Assembly: GCA_964016885.1 (NCBI GenBank)
Contig: OZ024743.1
Span: 806,001 to 870,000, forward strand
Origin: Eledone cirrhosa
Lineage: Eukaryota
Direction of reading: 5' to 3'
Length of the DNA: 64,000 nt
The notes below the pieces were generated by a model, which did no database searches, had not been told where the DNA came from, and worked only from the letters and a program-made list of their open reading frames with translations. Below, one piece after another: positions 58,303-64,000 of the stretch. The position numbers and the translations under genes were made by a program. Position 1 is the first letter of the stretch; the number at the start of each line of letters is the position of its first letter.

Positions 58303-58607
58303 TAAATACAATATGTAGGAGAGAGAAAGCGAGAGAAAGACGAAGAGAGCTGGAGAGAGAGACAGGCAGAGACTAAAAAGTCTGTCATAGCTACACCGTT
58401 GGTAAATATTACTTGGCACATGGCTTTTTATCTCAGTTACGCTGCCAAACTTTCATAGACAAAACCACTCTAGGCTTATCTAAATTTCTTTCAACGGACA
58501 GATATTCATTCAAGCGTACACGCACACACATACAACAGACAGACACACACAACACCAACACACGCACGCACACATACACACATATGTGTGTATTTTTATA
58601 TATATAT

Positions 58608-58686
<79 letters not shown>

Positions 58687-59140
58687 GAGAGAGAAAGAGA
58701 GAGAGAGAGGGAGCGAGAGAGAGAGAGGGAGAGAGATGGAGAGGGACAGAGAGACTGACAGAGCGAGAAAATATTCTAGAATATAACGTATATTAGATGA
58801 ATTAAGGTATATTTTAATCAAGATATAACTGCAGTTTCCGAATTAGAAGTCTCATCGTGAATAGAAGAAATATAAAGACCACTCCCAGAAAAACTTATGA
58901 GGCTACTTTTATTCATTTAGGAGATTGTTGTTTATTACATAGTTATATATAGCTCGTAAGATATATAATATAGCTGAAATCATCACTAATTTGCACAACG
59001 GCCAAGCGTTTGATACCACAAATATTTAAATAATAAATATTTATCCAACAGCGCAGCATGTATTTAAAGATTGATGGTACATCTTGATGCAGATATATTT
59101 ACATATGCATATATGCATTTATGCATATATATATATGTAT

Positions 59141-59174
<34 letters not shown>

Positions 59175-59959
59175 CTATCTATATATATATGTATACATTT
59201 ATTTATGTATGCATATATGTATGTATATATGTGTGTATGCTTGTATGTATATAAGTGCTTCATACTGATCTATATAGATTATAACATGCTCTAGACTTCA
59301 GCTCTGAGATAAGGAAATGAAACTTATACAGGTGTTGTTTGGAATCTTCAAAATAAATATGTATACAAACTATAATAGTTTATAGCAGAAATTTTACTGT
59401 TAACACAACTACTACTACATATGACCAATAATGATTTAATTATAATTGTTTCCACTTTAGGCACATAGCCAGCAATTTAAAGGGCAGGGTAAAAAGTCGA
59501 CCGCAGGATTTGAACTCGGCTGTATTTGAACTCAGAACATATAGGGCCATAACTCTCTGTCGCGAAACATGGTGTCCGTCCCTGGTCGAAGATATTTAAT
59601 CGGGGAAAAGAAATACACAACCGCGTAGTTTGGAGCCTCTACATAAGGGAGAATATCTATATAAGGCACACTATTTTGCCTCCCTTTTAACAAGAGCGGG
59701 ATTTCACCCTTGTGGTTCCTGAGCACTTCAGGTTTAGTTGAAATCTTATATAATAACAAGCACTTTAAGGCCATTTTATTTCCTAAAGTTTGATCGTCTG
59801 GACCCCCATTACAAGGTTATAGGCTTTGCCATATTGGTTGCATCCCCCTTCAACAACATTTTAGCTTGCATTTCCTCCTTTATCATCCTATTTGTGTTTT
59901 TTGTTTGTTCGTTTTTTTTTGTTCTTTTTTGTCTTCTTTTTTCTAACTTCCTCTACATA

Positions 59960-60310
59960 TGTTTACATCACTCATTTCACCGACTTACTTCCATCCTTCC
60001 TAAACATATGTCGCAATCATCTTCTTCCATTTCTCATCGCAACACTCATCTCCAGCTCCATTCCCATCATGCTTGGCAATTCACTGTTTATTTTCCTTTC
60101 TGTGAACAATACTCCACTCATCCACCGAACCATTCTTATTTCTGCTCTTTCACTCATTCTCTGCTGCTTCACGATCTGGGTCATCAACATATATCGCCCA
60201 TGTCTCCCTTGCATAAGTCATGGCACTTCTCACACATGTAACAACACATTTCCTTTCAGTTTCTATGACACTCCTTAACTCATTAATACACCACTCAAAC
60301 CCAAGAACGT
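59960..60310 (-). mobile_element. RTE-clade LINE fragment
   Basis: CVRSAMTYARETWAI..RAEIRMVRWMSGV. Confidence 0.8.
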
Positions 60311-60706
60311 CTTTTCTAAAAAAGTATTTGATCAAAATTCAACAGTAAAGATACACATATATTTCTGTGATGTACTTTATGATATATGAATGATAGTAAA
60401 TAATTTACTTATATCTTGCTAGCCAGTAAACACCGAGAAATGGTTTGCTCCTGTTTTATAGGGCATAGGGTGAGAGAGAAAAAGAGATAAAAGAGGATAA
60501 AAGCGAGTAAGATAAAATAGCAGAGACTGTATAGAAGGGAAAATATTTCGTATTGCTTTGAATTTCTTTAAATACATCTATTGACTACCATGTCATGCGT
60601 CGATTCAGGGAGATAGGGAGGGTCATGTGTACATACACACACAAGCATAAGACTACATACTCTGACGAGTACATATATAAGTATATGTACATATATAAAT
60701 AAATAA

Positions 60707-60763
<57 letters not shown>

Positions 60764-60784
60764 ATACAACCAACACATACTCAA

Positions 60785-60833
<49 letters not shown>

Positions 60834-60844
60834 CGATAAATGTC

Positions 60845-60913
60845 AGATGCTGTTGTGACCCCAGGTAGACCAGCAGTACCATTGGTAGGGGTCGAAACTG
60901 CCAAAGTCTATCT
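60845..60913 (+). ncRNA. Degenerate hammerhead (core mutated)
   Basis: agatg-CTGTTGT-gacccc..ggggtc-GAAAC-tgccaaa-GTC-tatct; stems intact, core has two changes. Confidence 0.55.
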
Positions 60914-60978
60914 CAACGCCCGAAGACCCTGTTCTGTATCTTTTGTTTGTATTTGTATTAAAAGAAAATAAACTGTTC

Positions 60979-61032
<54 letters not shown>

Positions 61033-61249
61033 GTTATCTATAACGAAGATATAGGAAATATATTCGCTATAATCCCGATTGCTCACATTACTCACTCACT
61101 GAGATATGGTTTGAGCCTATAAGCGATCAAACCTATCTCAGTGTGTTAACAAAATGTATCTAAACTATAATAAAGTAAGGGGTGCCGGACTGCGTCCAGA
61201 ATATATTTGTTCATCCCGTTTGTAAAATAAGTTGGATTACTTTGAATAA

Positions 61250-61392
61250 ATAATTGTTTCTACTTTTTGCACAAGGCCAGCAATTACCCAGTGGATTACT
61301 GGTACTTTATTCTCGGCGGGATTTGGACTCAGAATGGCAAGAGCCGTAACTCTATGCGTCAAAGCATGGCGTCCGACCCTCTACCGATACTG

Positions 61393-61440
<48 letters not shown>

Positions 61441-61833
61441 CAGTATCGGTAGAGGATCGGACGCCATGCTTTGACGCATAGAGTTACGGCTATATATATA
61501 TATACACACAGCAGAAGAACTGCGAAACCGGTAAAGGAACCAAATAATTTTATAGATTTTTTAAAAATAAGACTCCAGTTATATTTTCGATTTGATCTTT
61601 TTTTCCTTTATACTTACACTCGTGCAGGACACCTGCAGGACACCTGCAGGACACCTGCAGGACACCTGTACGAGTGTAAGTATAAAGAAAAAAAAGATGA
61701 AATCGAAAATGCAACTGGAGTCTTATTTTAAAAAATACATATAAGATTGTTTGGTTCCTTTACCGATTTCGCAGTTCTTCTGCTTTTCAAAAGTAGAGTT
61801 GAGATGGAGGGTCTGTGGTTTTTCTCACATATA

Positions 61834-61932
<99 letters not shown>

Positions 61933-61947
61933 TGCCAATCCACCGCC
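61250..61947 (-). mobile_element. SINE (TSD ctttgaataaataatt) interrupted by an HHR-variant element insertion at 61395-61928
   Basis: SINE body 61250-61394 resumes at 61929-61947; atactgcc duplicated on both sides of the insert. Confidence 0.85.
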
Positions 61948-62440
61948 CTTTGAATAAATAATTAATGAATATTACATAATTTATCTACTAAATCTCGTTA
62001 TTCTTGATTAAATATAAATAATATTGTTGGTTATTTTAAGAGTCACTTCTTTAAAATTTTCAAATGTCAACACTTCCGGTTAGCGATCGCTTAAGTAAAC
62101 ATTCATATATTTCCGTCAATAATTTTCTCCTAATGTAGTTTATATATAATATCGTCTTTTTTTAATGTATCATGGATTAGGTTACTGATTACATAAGACA
62201 ATGTAACGCAGTTTTCGTTCAATTTATGTGTATATTGTCAATTACGATTTTATTTGATGTATCATATCTACATGCATATATACTTGCGTATAATATCAAT
62301 ATGCACACTACACATGCTAGCAGAAAAACCACCCGACGGGTGGTTTTTCTGCTAGTATTTGTACTAGGGCATTCGCGTATATATTTTTCCAATTTCTACA
62401 TACAAAATTACAATGCAAAACTTTTTTCATTAACAAGTAA

Positions 62441-63330
62441 GTGGGCGGTGGATTGGCAATATGCTTTGACGTATAGAGTTACGGCCCTTGCCCGTCTGAG
62501 TTCAAATCCCGCCGAGGTTAACTTTGCCTTTCATCCTTACGGGGTCGATAAAATAAAGTACCAGTAATGCACTGGTTAATTGCTGGCCTTGTGCCAAAAG
62601 TAGAAACAATTATCAAGTTAAGTGTTTTGAGCATAATATAACAAAGTTTCTTACATAAAATTATGATGGAAACGTTTTTCAATAGATTTAAAGTTAAAAG
62701 AAAGTGTTTATCTTTTATTAAAAGTGGTAATAGCATTTCAAATTTTTTTTTTTTTTCTATTATGACGTGGTGTTTTATATACATTCTGATGATAGTTAAA
62801 TTTTAAAATTCAAAAGTTAAAATAAACATATATACCCGCATGTTGCGAACTCGTGTTGCTAGCATAGGAATTAGGACATAAGCGACATCAATTACATTGT
62901 GAAAAACATAATTTTATCTCTTCAAACGCTTCTACCATTTATTGGCACAAGGCCAACAATTTGGTGAAGAGGGAAAATCGATTAAATCGACCCCTGCGCA
63001 TTACTGGGTTGAAAAGCAAAGCTAAAATCGGTGAGATTTGAATTTGGAACGTATAGGGACGTAACCCTATACGACTAAGCATGCTTTCTGATACTCTACC
63101 GATACCTGCAGTTCATTACTGCAGTTCATTGTTTCTACTTTAGCCACAAGACCAGCAATTTGAAGGGGAAGAGAATGTCGATTAAATCGATCCCAGTGCA
63201 TTATTGGATCTTTATTTTATCGATACCGTAAGCATGAAAGGCAAAACTAACTTGGGCGGGATTTGAACTTAGAGCGTAAAAGGCCGTAATTCTAGGCCAC
63301 TAAACTTGTCCGACGCTCTATCCACTGCCT
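62441..63330. mobile_element. Three SINE copies (62441-62612 +; 62925-63110 and 63125-63330 -)
   Basis: Match the SINE consensus; the minus-strand pair is more diverged. Confidence 0.8.
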
Positions 63331-64000
63331 AATTACTACATAATAATGATAAAGGGAATTTCTCACATATGATTTCTAATATTTCTACAGAAGCCCACAT
63401 CATTTTCTAATATGCTAGATCAATAGATTTCACCGTTCCTGCCTGAAACTTGTGATGTAAATACCCTACGTCAAAATAATATAAGATTTTATACATGTTC
63501 GTTCAAGCTACTAGGAATAGCAGCTAAATATCTCATAAATCATACTTTAAAGCGTGGAAAATGAGAAGGTGATATTTCATAAAACAATCTGGGATTTACT
63601 ACACCTGGTGAGAAGGTATAATTTTTTTCATCTGTGCTCGATCAATAATATTCTGATGCAATCTATAGAAATTTATTTTATAATTTAATAGAATTTCTGA
63701 CAATAAATCAATTCCCAATTGTATAAATGGTACTGAAAATATTGGAGGAAATATAAAAGAAAAAGAAAAAAGAAAAAAGAAAAAAGAAAAAAGAAAAAAG
63801 AAAAAAGAAAAAAGAAAAAAGAAAAAAGAAAAAAGAAAAAAGAATAAAATCGAAACCGAGCAACGAACAGATGGAGGAAGGGGTAAAGAAGGGCAGATCT
63901 GACTGTATAGAAAAGTAGGAGGAAGGGGTAAAGAAGGGCAGATCTGACTGTATAGAAAAGTAGGAGAAAGAACTATAAACAACAATACCAACAATAACTG

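Noticed and set aside
61622-61668. (tgcaggacacc) tandem repeats as a CRISPR-like array
   Set aside because: No spacers; short tandem duplication at an inversion junction in eukaryotic DNA.

Overview
AT-rich, microsatellite-laden eukaryotic (metazoan) DNA with no recognisable host protein-coding gene; almost all ORFs in the supplied track are (TA)n/(CA)n/(GA)n artefacts. The tRNA-derived SINE family and microsatellite load resemble octopus/cephalopod genomes (inference). Recognisable content: three distinct Penelope-like elements (PLEs; one near full length with RT + C-terminal GIY-YIG, one 5'-truncated RT + EN, one EN-only), one further degenerate GIY-YIG relic, several RTE-clade LINE relics, a possible L1/Tx1 relic and about 18 copies of one SINE. 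The main hidden signal is a very high density of type I hammerhead ribozyme (HHR) motifs, folded by eye: about 20 with a recognisable core from about 10 sequence families, plus degenerate ones. They sit in PLE 3' ends and in small non-coding retrozyme-like units (486, 558 and ~650-690 bp), nearly all bounded by (TA)n and usually accompanied by an inverted copy of themselves or of the flanking DNA. One family carries a compensatory U3-A8 core variant. One insertion into a SINE (61.25-61.96 kb) suggests these elements bring (TA)n with them and that the (TA)n folds back to copy the target, which would link PLE/HHR retrotransposition to microsatellite and palindrome genesis. Ribozyme activity and mechanisms are untested inferences.
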